This document shows positions 23,772-35,199 of a stretch of 64,000 bases of DNA, in pieces. Both the position numbers and the translations under genes were made by a program. The number at the start of each line of letters is the position of its first letter. Positions within the stretch are counted from its first letter, which is position 1. Source of the DNA: Eukaryota sp. TZLM1-RC (lineage: Eukaryota > Protista > Metamonada: BaSk clade); the NCBI GenBank assembly GCA_040285825.1, contig JAUPSS010000004.1:6043784-6107783 (forward strand). The letters run 5' to 3'. The notes under the pieces are model-generated. The model saw only the letters and a program-made list of their open reading frames with translations. It was not told the origin of the DNA and did not search any database.

Positions 23772-24033
23772 TTTTAACAATAGGTTTGTTAAAAAATTGT
23801 TTTTCAACAAATTGTCAATTGATCAAGTTTATTCAACTGGGAATTCATTTTTAAATACGATCATTGTTTTTAATTGTAATGATAAAAATTAATGAAGAGA
23901 ATGAAATACAACATCATCCTTTTTAACTAAAATTGTTTTTTAAATGGTAATGGTAGCTACAGTTTCCCAACAACATTTTTTTGCCAATTTTGTAACTGAA
24001 AATGTTTAAATTCTCATCTGATACTTTACAAAT

Positions 24034-24152
24034 GGATGCGGCCATACTTGGTCTATAGCACCGGATCCCATTCCGAATTCCGAAGTTAAGCGGCCACAGG
24101 CCTGGTCAGTAGTTGGGTGGGAGACCACCAGCGAACACTGGGTGCTGCATCC
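24034..24152 (+). rRNA. 5S: 5S rRNA
   Basis: array copy. Confidence 0.95.
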
Positions 24153-24410
24153 TTTTAACAATAGGTTTGTTAAAAATTGTTTTTCCACAAATTGTCAGTT
24201 GATCAAGTTTATTCAACTGGGAATTCATTTTTAAATATGATCATTGTTTTTAATTGAAATGATAAAAATTAATGAAGAGAATGAAATACAACATCATCCT
24301 TTTTAACTAAAATTGTTTTTAAATGGTAAAGGTAGCTACAGTTTCCCAACAACATTTTTGCCAATTTTGTAACTGAAAATGTTTAAATTCTCATCTGATA
24401 CTTTACAAAT

Positions 24411-24529
24411 GGATGCGGCCATACTTGGTCTATAGCACCGGATCCTATTCCGAATTCCGAAGTTAAGCGGCCACAGGCCTGGTCAGTAGTTGGGTGGGAG
24501 ACCACCAGCGAACACTGGGTGCTGCATCC
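24411..24529 (+). rRNA. 5S: 5S rRNA
   Basis: array copy. Confidence 0.93.
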
Positions 24530-24788
24530 TTTTAACAATAGGTTTGTTAAAAAATTGTTTTTCAACAAATTGTCAGTTGATCAAGTTTATTCAACTGGGA
24601 ATTCACTTTTAAATATGATCATTGTTTTTAATTGTAATGATAAAAATTAATGAAGAGAATGAAATACAACATCATCCTTTTTAACTAAAATTGTTTTTAA
24701 ATGGTAAAGGTAGCTACAGTTTCCCAACAACATTTTTGCCAATTTTGTAACTGAAAATGTTTAAATTCTCATCTGATACTTTACAAAT

Positions 24789-24907
24789 GGATGCGGCCAT
24801 ACTTGGTCTATAGCACCGGATCCCATTCCGAATTCCGAAGTTAAGCGGCCACAGGCCTGGTCAGTAGTTGGGTGGGAGACCACCAGCGAACACTGGGTGC
24901 TGCATCC
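24789..24907 (+). rRNA. 5S: 5S rRNA
   Basis: array copy. Confidence 0.95.
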
Positions 24908-25167
24908 TTTTAACAATAGGTTTGTTAAAAAATTGTTTCTCAACAAATTGTCAATTGATCAAGTTTATTCAACTTGGAATTCATTTTTTAAATATGATCA
25001 TTGTTTTTAATTGTAATGATAAAAATTAATGAAGAGAATGAAATACAACATCATCCTTTTTAACTAAAATTGTTTTTAAATGGTAATGGTAGCTACAGTT
25101 TCCCAACAACATTTTTGCCAATTTTGTAACTGAAAATGTTTAAATTCTCATCTGATATTTTACAAAT

Positions 25168-25286
25168 GGATGAGGCCATACTTGGTCTATAGCACCGGAT
25201 CCCATTCCGAATTCCGAAGTTAAGCGGCCACAGGCCTGGTCAGTAGTTGGGTGGGAGACGACCAGCGAACACTGGGTGCTGCATCC
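25168..25286 (+). rRNA. 5S: 5S rRNA
   Basis: array copy, helix I mismatch (GGATGAGG). Confidence 0.88.
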
Positions 25287-25546
25287 TTTTAACAATAGGT
25301 CTGTTAAAAAATTGTTTTTCAACAAATTGTCAATTGATCAAGTTTATTCAACTTGGAATTCATTTTTTAAATATGATCATTGTTTTTAATTGTAATGAAA
25401 AAAATTAATGAAGAGAATGAAATACAACATCATCCTTTTTAACTAAAATTGTTTTTAAATGGTAATGGTAGCTACAGTTTCCCAACAACATTTTTGCCAA
25501 TTTTGTAACTAAAAATGTTTAAATTCTCATCTGATACTTTACAAAT

Positions 25547-25661
25547 GAATGCGGCCATACTTGGTCTATAGCACCGGATCCCATTCCGAATTCCGAAGTT
25601 AAGCGGCCACAGGCCTGGTCAGTAGTTGGGAGACCACCAGCGAACACTGGGTGCTGCATCC
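25547..25661 (+). rRNA. 5S: 5S rRNA, probably defective
   Basis: G2A plus a 4-nt deletion in the GGGTGGGAG (box C) region. Confidence 0.8.
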
Positions 25662-25921
25662 TTTTAACAATATGTTTGTTAAAAAATTGTTTTTCAACAA
25701 ATTGTCAATTGATCAAGTTTATTCAACTTGGAATTCATTTTTAAAATATGATCATTGTTTTTAATTGTAATGATAAAAATTAATGAAGAGAATGAAATAC
25801 AACATCATCCTTTTTAACTAAAATTGTTTTTAAATGGTAATGGTAGCTACAGTTTCCCAACAACATTTTTGCCAATTTTGTAACTAAAAATGTTTAAATT
25901 CTCATCTGATACTTTACTAAT

Positions 25922-26040
25922 GGATGCGGCCATACTTGGTCTATAGCACCGGATCCCATTCCGAATTCCGAAGTTAAGCGGCCACAGGCCTGGTCAGTAG
26001 TTGGGTGGGAGACCACCAGCGAACACTGGGTGCTGCATCC
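25922..26040 (+). rRNA. 5S: 5S rRNA
   Basis: array copy. Confidence 0.95.
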
Positions 26041-26299
26041 TTTTAACAATAGGTTTGTTAAAAAATTGTTTTTCAACAAATTGTCAATTGATCAAGTTTA
26101 TTCAACTGGGAATTCATTTTTTAATACGATCATTGTTTTTAATTGTAATGATAAAAATTAATGAAGAGAATGAAATACAACATCATCCTTTTTAACTAAA
26201 ATTGTTTTTAAATGGTAATGGTAGCTACAGTTTCCCAACAACATTTTTGCCAATTTTGTAACTGAAAATGTTTAAATTCTCATCTGATACTTTACAAAT

Positions 26300-26418
26300 G
26301 GATGCGGCCATACTTGGTCTATAGCACCGGATCCCATTCCGAATTCCGAAGTTAAGCGGCCACAGGCCTGGTCAGTAGTTGGGTGGGAGACCACCAGCGA
26401 ACACTGGGTGCTGCATCC
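26300..26418 (+). rRNA. 5S: 5S rRNA
   Basis: array copy. Confidence 0.95.
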
Positions 26419-26681
26419 TTTTAACAATAGGTTTGTTAAAAAATTGTTTTTCCACAAATTGTCAGTTGATCAAGTTTATTCAACTGGGAATTCATTTTTA
26501 AATATGATCATTGTTTTTAATTGAAATGATAAAAATTAATGAAGAGAATGAAATACAACATCATCCTTTTTTTAACTAAAATTGTTTTTAAATGGTAAAG
26601 GTAGCTACAGTTTCCCAACAACATTTTTTTGCCAATTTTGTAACTGAAAATGTTTAAATTCTCATCTGATACTTTACAAAT

Positions 26682-26800
26682 GGATGCGGCCATACTTGGT
26701 CTATAGCACCGGATCCTATTCCGAATTCCGAAGTTAAGCGGCCACAGGCCTGGTCAGTAGTTGGGTGGGAGACCACCAGCGAACACTGGGTGCTGCATCC
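26682..26800 (+). rRNA. 5S: 5S rRNA
   Basis: array copy. Confidence 0.93.
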
Positions 26801-27060
26801 TTTTAACAATAGGTTTGTTAAAAAAATTGTTTTTCAACAAATTGTCAGTTGATCAAGTTTATTCAACTGGGAATTCACTTTTAAATATGATCATTGTTTT
26901 TAATTGTAATGATAAAAATTAATGAAGAGAATGAAATACAACATCATCCTTTTTAACTAAAATTGTTTTTAAATGGTAAAGGTAGCTACAGTTTCCCAAC
27001 AACATTTTTGCCAATTTTGTAACTGAAAATGTTTAAATTCTCATCTGATACTTTACAAAT

Positions 27061-27178
27061 GGATGCGGCCATACTTGGTCTATAGCACCGGATCCCATTC
27101 CGAATTCCGAAGTTAAGCGGCCACAGGCCTGGTCAGTAGTTGGGTGGGAGACCACCAGCGAACACTGGTGCTGCATCC
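27061..27178 (+). rRNA. 5S: 5S rRNA
   Basis: array copy, 1-nt deletion. Confidence 0.9.
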
Positions 27179-27440
27179 TTTTAACAATAGGTTTGTTAAA
27201 AAAATTGTTTCTCAACAAATTGTCAATTGATCAAGTTTATTCAACTTGGAATTCATTTTTTTAAATATGATCATTGTTTTTAATTGTAATGATAAAAATT
27301 AATGAAGAGAATGAAATACAACATCATCCTTTTTAACTAAAATTGTTTTTAAATGGTAATGGTAGCTACAGTTTCCCAACAACATTTTTGCCAATTTTGT
27401 AACTGAAAATGTTTAAATTCTCATCTGATATTTTACAAAT

Positions 27441-27559
27441 GGATGAGGCCATACTTGGTCTATAGCACCGGATCCCATTCCGAATTCCGAAGTTAAGCGG
27501 CCACAGGCCTGGTCAGTAGTTGGGTGGGAGACGACCAGCGAACACTGGGTGCTGCATCC
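27441..27559 (+). rRNA. 5S: 5S rRNA
   Basis: array copy, same variant as 25168. Confidence 0.88.
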
Positions 27560-27821
27560 TTTTAACAATAGGTCTGTTAAAAAATTGTTTTTCAACAAAT
27601 TGTCAATTGATCAAGTTTATTCAACTTGGAATTCATTTTTTAAATATGATCATTGTTTTTAATTGTAATGAAAAAAATTAATGAAGAGAATGAAATACAA
27701 CATCATCCTTTTTAACTAAAAATTGTTTTTAAATGGTAATGGTAGCTACAGTTTCCCAACAACATTTTTGCCAATTTTGTAACTAAAAATGTTTAAATTC
27801 TCATCTGATACTTTTACAAAT

Positions 27822-27936
27822 GAATGCGGCCATACTTGGTCTATAGCACCGGATCCCATTCCGAATTCCGAAGTTAAGCGGCCACAGGCCTGGTCAGTAG
27901 TTGGGAGACCACCAGCGAACACTGGGTGCTGCATCC
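27822..27936 (+). rRNA. 5S: 5S rRNA, probably defective
   Basis: same G2A + 4-nt deletion as 25547. Confidence 0.8.
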
Positions 27937-28198
27937 TTTTAACAATATGTTTGTTAAAAAATTGTTTTTCAACAAATTGTCAATTGATCAAGTTTATTCA
28001 ACTTGGAATTCATTTTTAAAATATGATCATTGTTTTTAATTGTAATGATAAAAAAATTAATGAAGAGAATGAAATACAACATCATCCTTTTTAACTAAAA
28101 TTGTTTTTAAATGGTAATGGTAGCTACAGTTTCCCAACAACATTTTTGCCAATTTTGTAACTAAAAATGTTTAAATTCTCATCTGATACTTTACTAAT

Positions 28199-28317
28199 GG
28201 ATGCGGCCATACTTGGTCTATAGCACCGGATCCCATTCCGAATTCCGAAGTTAAGCGGCCACAGGCCTGGTCAGTAGTTGGGTGGGAGACCACCAGCGAA
28301 CACTGGGTGCTGCATCC
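28199..28317 (+). rRNA. 5S: 5S rRNA
   Basis: array copy. Confidence 0.95.
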
Positions 28318-28581
28318 TTTTAACAATATGTTTGTTAAAAAATTGTTTTTCAACAAATTGTCAATTGATCAAGTTTATTCAACTTGGAATTCATTTTTAA
28401 AATATGATCATTGTTTTTAATTGTAATGATAAAAATTAATGAAGAGAATGAAATACAACATCATCCTTTTTAACTAAAATTGTTTTTAAATGGTAATGGT
28501 AGCTACAGTTTCCCAACAACATTTTTTTGCCAATTTTGTAACTAAAAAAATGTTTAAATTCTCATCTGATACTTTACTAAT

Positions 28582-28700
28582 GGATGCGGCCATACTTGGT
28601 CTATAGCACCGGATCCCATTCCGAATTCCGAAGTTAAGCGGCCACAGGCCTGGTCAGTAGTTGGGTGGGAGACCACCAGCGAACACTGGGTGCTGCATCC
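28582..28700 (+). rRNA. 5S: 5S rRNA
   Basis: array copy. Confidence 0.95.
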
Positions 28701-28785
28701 TTTTAACAATAGGCTTGTTAAAAAATTGTTTTTCAACAAATTGTCAATTGATCAAGTTTATTCAACTGGGAATTCATTTTTAAAT

Positions 28786-31686
28786 ATGATCAATGTTTTT
28801 GTGAAAGGTGCTGAAAATAATGTTTCTGACGATCAACATTTGAATGCTTCTAGTGCTCATTCTTCTTCCCCTTCTGAAAACAGTAATTTTTGTTGTCCAT
28901 TTTGCAAAAAAGATGTTACAGATTCCAGAAATGGTCGAAAACTTCTGTTTTGTGCCAATTGTAAAGCCGTTGATACCGTAAGACCCCCGATCCAGATCCC
29001 AGTAGAAATTAGCCCCGCCAGCACAATTCCCTTCTCAATGGAAATGAGAAATTTTACTTCTGAATTGAAAAATAATAAGTGGAATATTTCATCCTTCTGG
29101 AAATATTTTGCTCGAAAAAACAAAAATTGTTTTAAAAAAAATTTTGGAAATAGAAAAATTGTAAAATCAAAAATTTGCCGAAAATTGTGCTTACGTGGTT
29201 GTTATGGTGCCGCAAAGCAGTCCTTGTTTTCCTCTTCTTTGGCTGATGCAAACTCTGATACCCTTGAAAAACTTCAAAAGTTGCATCCTCAAGAAAATTT
29301 CAAGTGCAGCAAGCCTGATGTGTGTCCTTTTTGGATTGAAAATCCTATTACTGCAATTGAAGTTCTTAAAGCTATTCAAAAATTACCAAAGGGGAAAGCA
29401 GCAGGCCCATCTGGAATTTCTTTTGATCTCTTAAAAATAGCGTGTTCCAGTGCTCCCGAAATTGCTGATGATCTAGCCCATTATTTTCAACAATTAATTG
29501 TTTTGAAAATTAATCCTCCATTTGAATTACTCGCTGCACGTCTGATTGCTTTAGTAAAGCCTGGAAACGGCATCAAACCTGATGGAATACGCCCAATTGC
29601 TGTTGGTGAATCTCTTTCTCGTTTGCTGGCATCAACTGTCTTCGATCGTGTCAAAGACAAAGCTTCTACATTTTTGAATCCTCATCAATTTGGAATCAAA
29701 ACAATTGATGGTGCTTCTGTTGCTGCTATTGCCTCTGATACCTTTTTTAATGCAGAGAAAAATAATTTTATTTTTTATCTCGACTTTAAAAATGCTTTTA
29801 ATTCTGTAAAACGAGAAGCAATTTTTGAAGTTATTAAATCTGATTTTCCTGAGCTATCGAGTTTTTTCTACCATTTTTATGGGAAAGAATCAGATTTAGT
29901 TTTTAATTCATTTGCTCTTAAATCATCTTCTGGAGTGAAGCAGGGAGATCCTTTAGGCCCATTATTGTTTTGTTTAGCTATTCACAAAACTTTAAATATC
30001 ATTAAGCAAAAATACCCATCTTTAAAAATAGTTGCTTATATGGATGATATATCCTTGATTGGTTCATTTGATTTACTAGAATTGGTTGCTCAAGAAATTG
30101 CCGATTCATATGAAAATATTGGGCTTCATCTTAATGCGAGCAAATGCCTTCTGATTGGCTTTTCTGCTCAAGATCTCGTGATAAACGATTCTATTATCCC
30201 TTTTACTAATTATAGTAGTGATGCTTTTAAGTTCCTTGATTGTTGGTTAGGAAACGTGCCTCAAATTCAGAATGAATTGCAAGTTATTTTGGAAAAAATG
30301 AAAATTGAACTTGATTCAATTTCTTCTTTAGATATAGAAAAGCATATTAAATTTTTCATGCTTGAACTTTGCTACACTGGGAGAATAACCCACATTTTGA
30401 GATCTTGTGCTCCTTCCATAGCATTAGATTTTTGTCGTTCATTTAATTCATTGAGAACAGAATTTTTTGCTGATTTATTGGATGTAGAACCAGGAATGTT
30501 GAAAAATCACTTATTTTCTTCAGCAAATTTCGGTGGTATTGGATTTACTAAATCTTCAATTTTGTGTCAATCAGCATTCTTGGGTGGTGGCAAAAATTTT
30601 ATTTATGAATTTTCTCGTAGATTTCCTGATAATTCTCATCTGTTAGTTCCCAATTGCAGTCCCTATTTGTATGAGTTATCATGTGAACTTGAAAAATGGC
30701 CGCCACAAATTTGGACCAAATGTTTTCCTCAATCAATTCAAGAAATTCCAAACCGATCTCTTTTTAATTTACAGTTTTGCTGTAAAAAGCTTCAACAAAA
30801 ATTGTCAAAGATTTTTGAAAGCCTGGATTTTGATGTTAGACTTGGCTTGGCCAAGAAAAAGAATCCCGCTTTTGCAAATCTTTTACAAGATATGTGTGAC
30901 AGTACTTCTTCTGCCTTAGTAACAACAATTCCACAAGTTTATGGTACTCTCTTAACCGATTCTGCTTGGACTCTGAATATGAGATTTCGTTCCTTTATCT
31001 GGCCTGATAATTTACCTCATAATTTAATTTGTAAATGTTCTCGAGAAATTACAACTACTCATTTGTTAAATTGTAAACATTTTATTACTTTTAGAAGCAA
31101 GGTTCATGATGCTGTAAGAGACCAGTTATATTGTATGTGTAAATCTCATAGAATTGAATCCTTCTTGGAACCTCTGTTGTCAAATCTGTTTGATGCTGAA
31201 GATGATTTTCATAAGAATAATAGAGGTGATGTTATATTACCTGGATTAGATGGAAGTTTCATTTTATTGGATGTAATGTCTGTTGATCCTTGTAATGCCT
31301 CAAATGAAAGGCTTGTTAATTCTGAAATTCATAATCCTCTTTCTAATGCTGAAAATTTCAAACTCAAAAAATACAATGAACCTTTGTCCAAATTGGCCAA
31401 TCTACAGCATGCAAAATACAATTTGTATCCATTTGTATTTTCCCTTTTTGGTTCACTTGCACCAACTGCTTTACGTTTTTTGGATGATTTTGAATTGATT
31501 GTAAAGAGAAGAACTGGGAGAAATTTCAACAGATTGTTTTGGCAAAATAGAATTGTGTTTTCTATTTTTAAGGGGATGTTGAAGATGGTTTCTGATGCTT
31601 TGCTGTCTCTTGGTTCTCAATATGAGAGAGTTGCATCTAGTGTTTTTGTTTTGGGAGAGATGGATTTTTTAGATGTTGATTTATAG
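28786..31686 (+). CDS. Reverse transcriptase + CCHC knuckle + restriction-like endonuclease, N-terminal C4 zinc motif
   Basis: CPFC...CANC; KAAGPSG, RPIAVGE, QFG, LDFKNAFNS, GVKQGDPLGP, YMDD, GLHLNASK, GGIG; CKC..HLLNC; HDAVRD; RGD..LDV..KLKKY. The first in-frame ATG (28786) lies in the 5S spacer. Confidence 0.93.
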   Translation: MINVFVKGAENNVSDDQHLNASSAHSSSPSENSNFCCPFCKKDVTDSRNGRKLLFCANCKAVDTVRPPIQIPVEISPASTIPFSMEMRNFTSELKNNKWNISSFWKYFARKNKNCFKKNFGNRKIVKSKICRKLCLRGCYGAAKQSLFSSSLADANSDTLEKLQKLHPQENFKCSKPDVCPFWIENPITAIEVLKAIQKLPKGKAAGPSGISFDLLKIACSSAPEIADDLAHYFQQLIVLKINPPFELLAARLIALVKPGNGIKPDGIRPIAVGESLSRLLASTVFDRVKDKASTFLNPHQFGIKTIDGASVAAIASDTFFNAEKNNFIFYLDFKNAFNSVKREAIFEVIKSDFPELSSFFYHFYGKESDLVFNSFALKSSSGVKQGDPLGPLLFCLAIHKTLNIIKQKYPSLKIVAYMDDISLIGSFDLLELVAQEIADSYENIGLHLNASKCLLIGFSAQDLVINDSIIPFTNYSSDAFKFLDCWLGNVPQIQNELQVILEKMKIELDSISSLDIEKHIKFFMLELCYTGRITHILRSCAPSIALDFCRSFNSLRTEFFADLLDVEPGMLKNHLFSSANFGGIGFTKSSILCQSAFLGGGKNFIYEFSRRFPDNSHLLVPNCSPYLYELSCELEKWPPQIWTKCFPQSIQEIPNRSLFNLQFCCKKLQQKLSKIFESLDFDVRLGLAKKKNPAFANLLQDMCDSTSSALVTTIPQVYGTLLTDSAWTLNMRFRSFIWPDNLPHNLICKCSREITTTHLLNCKHFITFRSKVHDAVRDQLYCMCKSHRIESFLEPLLSNLFDAEDDFHKNNRGDVILPGLDGSFILLDVMSVDPCNASNERLVNSEIHNPLSNAENFKLKKYNEPLSKLANLQHAKYNLYPFVFSLFGSLAPTALRFLDDFELIVKRRTGRNFNRLFWQNRIVFSIFKGMLKMVSDALLSLGSQYERVASSVFVLGEMDFLDVDL

Positions 31687-31720
31687 GTTTTGAATAAAAT
31701 TAAAATACTTGAAAAAAAAA
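28801..31720 (+). mobile_element. CRE-like RT-RLE non-LTR retrotransposon family A, copy 1
   Basis: Single ORF, short 3' UTR and A-tail (31712-31720); TSD TGTTTTT (28794-28800) / TGTGTTT (31721-31727); normal spacer resumes after it. Confidence 0.95.
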
Positions 31721-31886
31721 TGTGTTTAATTGTAATGATAAAAATTAATGAAGAGAATGAAATACAACATCATCCTTTTTAACTAAAATTGTTTTTAAAT
31801 GGTAATGGTAGCTACAGTTTCCCAACAACATTTTTGCCAATTTTGTAACTAAAAATGTTTAAATTCTCATCTGATACTTTACTAAT

Positions 31887-32004
31887 GGATGCGGCCATAC
31901 TTGGTCTATAGCACCGGATCCCATTCCGAATTCCGAAGTTAAGCGGCCACAGGCCTGGTCAGTAGTTGGGTGGAGACCACCAGCGAACACTGGGTGCTGC
32001 ATCC
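31887..32004 (+). rRNA. 5S: 5S rRNA
   Basis: single unit between the two family A copies; 1-nt deletion; terminator TTTT>TATT. Confidence 0.88.
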
Positions 32005-32104
32005 TATTAACAATAGGTTTGTTAAAAAATTGTTTTTCAACAAATTGTCAATTGATCAAGTTTATTCAACTGGGAATTCATTTTTAAATATGATCAATGT
32101 TTTT

Positions 32105-35033
32105 GTGAAAGGTGCTGAAAATAATGTTTCTGACGATCAACATTTGAATGCTTCTAGTGCTCATTCTTCTTCCCCTTCTGAAAACAGTAATTTTTGTTGT
32201 CCATTTTGCAAAAAAGATGTTACAGATTCCAGAAATGGTCGAAAACTTCTGTTTTGTGCCAATTGTAAAGCCGTTGATACCGTAAGACCCCCGATCCAGA
32301 TCCCAGTAGAAATTAGCCCCGCCAGCACAATTCCCTTCTCAATGGAAATGAGAAATTTTACTTCTGAATTGAAAAATAATAAGTGGAATATTTCATTCTT
32401 CTGGAAATATTTTTGCTCGAAAAAAACAAAAAAATTGTTTTTAAAAAAAATTTTGGAAGTAGAAAAATTGTAAAAATCAAAAATTTGCCGAAAATTGTGC
32501 TTACGTGGTCGTTATGGTGCCGCAAAGCAGTCCTTGTTTTCCTCTTCTTTGGCTGATGCAAACTCTGATACCCTTGAAAAACTTCAAAAGTTGCATCCTC
32601 AAGAAAACTTCAAGTGCAGCAAGCCTGATGTGTGTCCTTTTTGGATTGAAAATCCTATTACTGCAATTGAAGTTCTTAAAGCTATTCAAAAAAATTACCA
32701 AAGGGGAAAGCAGCAGGCCCATCTGGAATTTCTTTTTGATCTCTTAAAAATAGCGTGTTCCAGTGCTCCCGAAATTGCTGATGATCTAGCCCATTATTTT
32801 TCAACAATTAATTGTTTTGAAAATTAATCCTCCATTTGAATTACTCGCTGCACGTCTGATTGCTTTAGTAAAGCCTGGAAACGGCATCAAACCTGATGGA
32901 ATACGCCCAATTGCTGTTGGTGAATCTCTTTCTCGTTTGCTGGCATCAATTGTCTTCGATCGTGTCAAACACAAAGCTTCTACATTTTTGAATCCTCATC
33001 AATTTGGAATCAAAACAATTGATGGTGCTTCTGTTGCTGCTATTGCCTCTGATACCTTTTTTAATGCAGAGAAAAATAATTTTATTTTTTATCTCGACTT
33101 TAAAAATGCTTTTAATTCTGTAAAACGAGAAGCAATTTTTGAAGTTATTAAATCTGATTTTCCTGAGCTATCGAGTTTTTTCTACCATTTTTATGGGAAA
33201 GAATCAGATTTAGTTTTTAATTCATTTGCTCTTAAATCATCTTCTGGAGTGAAGCAGGGAGATCCTTTAGGCCCATTATTTTTTTGTTTAGCTATTCACA
33301 AAACTTTAAATATCATTAAGCAAAAATACCCATCTTTAAAAATAGTTGCTTATATGGATGATATATCCTTGATTGGTTCATTTGATTTACTAGAATTGGT
33401 TGCTCAAGAAATTGCCGATTCATATGAAAATATTGGGCTTCATCTTAATGCGAGCAAATGCCTTCTGATTGGCTTTTCTGCTCAAGATCTCGTGATAAAC
33501 GATTCTATTATCCCTTTTACTAATTATAGTAGTGATGCTTTTAAGTTCCTTGGTTGTTGGTTAGGAAACGTGCCTCAAATTCAGAATGAATTGCAAGTTA
33601 TTTTGGAAAAAATGAAAATTGAACTTGATTCAATTTCTTCTTTAGATATAGAAAAGCATATTAAATTTTTCATGCTTAAACTTTGCTACACTGGGAGAAT
33701 AACCCACATTTTGAGATCTTGTGCTCCTTTCATAGCATTAGATTTTTGTCGTTCATTTAATTCATTGAGAACAGAATTTTTTGCTGATTTATTGGATGTA
33801 GAACCAGGAATGTTGAAAAATCACTTATTTTCTTCAGCAAATTTCGGTGGTATTGGATTTACTAAATCTTCAATTTTGTGTCAATCAGCATTCTTGGGTG
33901 GTGGCAAAAATTTTATTTATGAATTTTCTCGTAGATTTCCTGATAATTCTCATCTGTTAGTTCCCAATTGCAGTCCCTATTTGTATGAGTCATCATGTGA
34001 ACTTGAAAAATGGCCGCCACAAATTTGGACCAAATGTTTTCCTCAATCAATTCAAGAAATTCCAAACCGATCTCTTTTTAATTTACAGTTTTGCTGTAAA
34101 AAGCTTCAACAAAAATTGTCAAAGATTTTTGAAAGCCTGGATTTTGATGTTAGACTTGGCTTGGCCAAGAAAAAGAATCCCGCTTTTGCAAATCTTTTAC
34201 AAGATATGTGTGACAGTACTTCTTCTGCCTTAGTAACAACAATTCCACAAGTTTATGGTACTCTCTTAACCGATTCTGCTTGGACTCTGAATATGAGATT
34301 TCGTTCCTTTATCTGGCCTGATAATTTACCTCATAATTTAATTTGTAAATGTTCTCGAGAAATTACAACTACTCATTTGTTAAATTGTAAACATTTTATT
34401 ACTTTTAGAAGCAAGGTTCATGATGCTGTAAGAGACCAGTTATATTGTATGTGTAAATCTCATAGAATTGAATCCTTCTTGGAACCTCTGTTGTCAAATC
34501 TGTTTGATGCTGAAGATGATTTTCATAAGAATAATAGAGGTGATGTTATATTACCTGGATTAGATGGAAGTTTCATTTTAATGGATGTAATGTCTGTTGA
34601 TCCTTGTAATGCCTCAAATGAAAGGCTTGTTAATTCTGAAATTCATAATCCTCTTTCTAATGCTGAAAATTTCAAACTCAAAAAATACAATGAACCTTTG
34701 TCCAAATTGGCCAGTCTACAGCATGCAAAATACAATTTGTATCCATTTGTATTTTCCCTTTTTGGTTCACTTGCACCAACTGCTTTACGTTTTTTGGATG
34801 ATTTTGAATTGATTGTAAAGAGAAGAACTGGGAGAAATTTCAACAGATTGTTTTGGCAAAATAGAATTGTGTTTTCTATTTTTAAGGGGATGTTGAAGAT
34901 GGTTTCTGATGCTTTGCTGTCTCTTGGTTCTCACTATGAGAGAGTTGCATCTAGTGTTTTTGTTTTGGGAGAGCTGGATTTTTTAGATGTTGATTTATAG
35001 GTTTTGAATAAAATTAAAATACTTGAAAAAAAA
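32105..35033 (+). mobile_element. CRE-like RT-RLE non-LTR retrotransposon family A, copy 2
   Basis: Same 5' junction (CAATGTTTTT|GTGAAAGG) as copy 1, A-tail, perfect TGTTTTT TSD (32098-32104, 35034-35040); frameshifts only at homopolymers 32400-32800. Confidence 0.95.
32817..35000 (+). CDS. RT-RLE ORF of family A copy 2 (5' part split by homopolymer frameshifts)
   Basis: Same RT and RLE motifs as copy 1; keeps FLG in RT motif 7. Confidence 0.85.
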   Translation: MKINPPFELLAARLIALVKPGNGIKPDGIRPIAVGESLSRLLASIVFDRVKHKASTFLNPHQFGIKTIDGASVAAIASDTFFNAEKNNFIFYLDFKNAFNSVKREAIFEVIKSDFPELSSFFYHFYGKESDLVFNSFALKSSSGVKQGDPLGPLFFCLAIHKTLNIIKQKYPSLKIVAYMDDISLIGSFDLLELVAQEIADSYENIGLHLNASKCLLIGFSAQDLVINDSIIPFTNYSSDAFKFLGCWLGNVPQIQNELQVILEKMKIELDSISSLDIEKHIKFFMLKLCYTGRITHILRSCAPFIALDFCRSFNSLRTEFFADLLDVEPGMLKNHLFSSANFGGIGFTKSSILCQSAFLGGGKNFIYEFSRRFPDNSHLLVPNCSPYLYESSCELEKWPPQIWTKCFPQSIQEIPNRSLFNLQFCCKKLQQKLSKIFESLDFDVRLGLAKKKNPAFANLLQDMCDSTSSALVTTIPQVYGTLLTDSAWTLNMRFRSFIWPDNLPHNLICKCSREITTTHLLNCKHFITFRSKVHDAVRDQLYCMCKSHRIESFLEPLLSNLFDAEDDFHKNNRGDVILPGLDGSFILMDVMSVDPCNASNERLVNSEIHNPLSNAENFKLKKYNEPLSKLASLQHAKYNLYPFVFSLFGSLAPTALRFLDDFELIVKRRTGRNFNRLFWQNRIVFSIFKGMLKMVSDALLSLGSHYERVASSVFVLGELDFLDVDL

Positions 35034-35199
35034 TGTTTTTAATTGTAATGATAAAAATTAATGAAGAGAATGAAATACAACATCATCCTTTTTAACTAAA
35101 ATTGTTTTTAAATGGTAATGGTAGCTACAGTTTCCCAACAACATTTTTGCCAATTTTGTAACTAAAAATGTTTAAATTCTCATCCGATACTTTACTAGT

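Noticed and set aside
32400-32820. Frameshifts in family A copy 2 (and 16280-16650 in family B) as programmed frameshifting or true inactivation
   Set aside because: All fall in A/T homopolymers, and the same length jitter affects spacers at 9-12 kb; most likely long-read errors and unresolved without polishing
28801-35033. Classification as R2, group II intron, retron or DGR reverse transcriptase
   Set aside because: Target is not 28S; RPIAVGE/QGDPL plus RLE, A-tail and TSD fit CRE-like non-LTR elements; no intron or ncRNA structure evident
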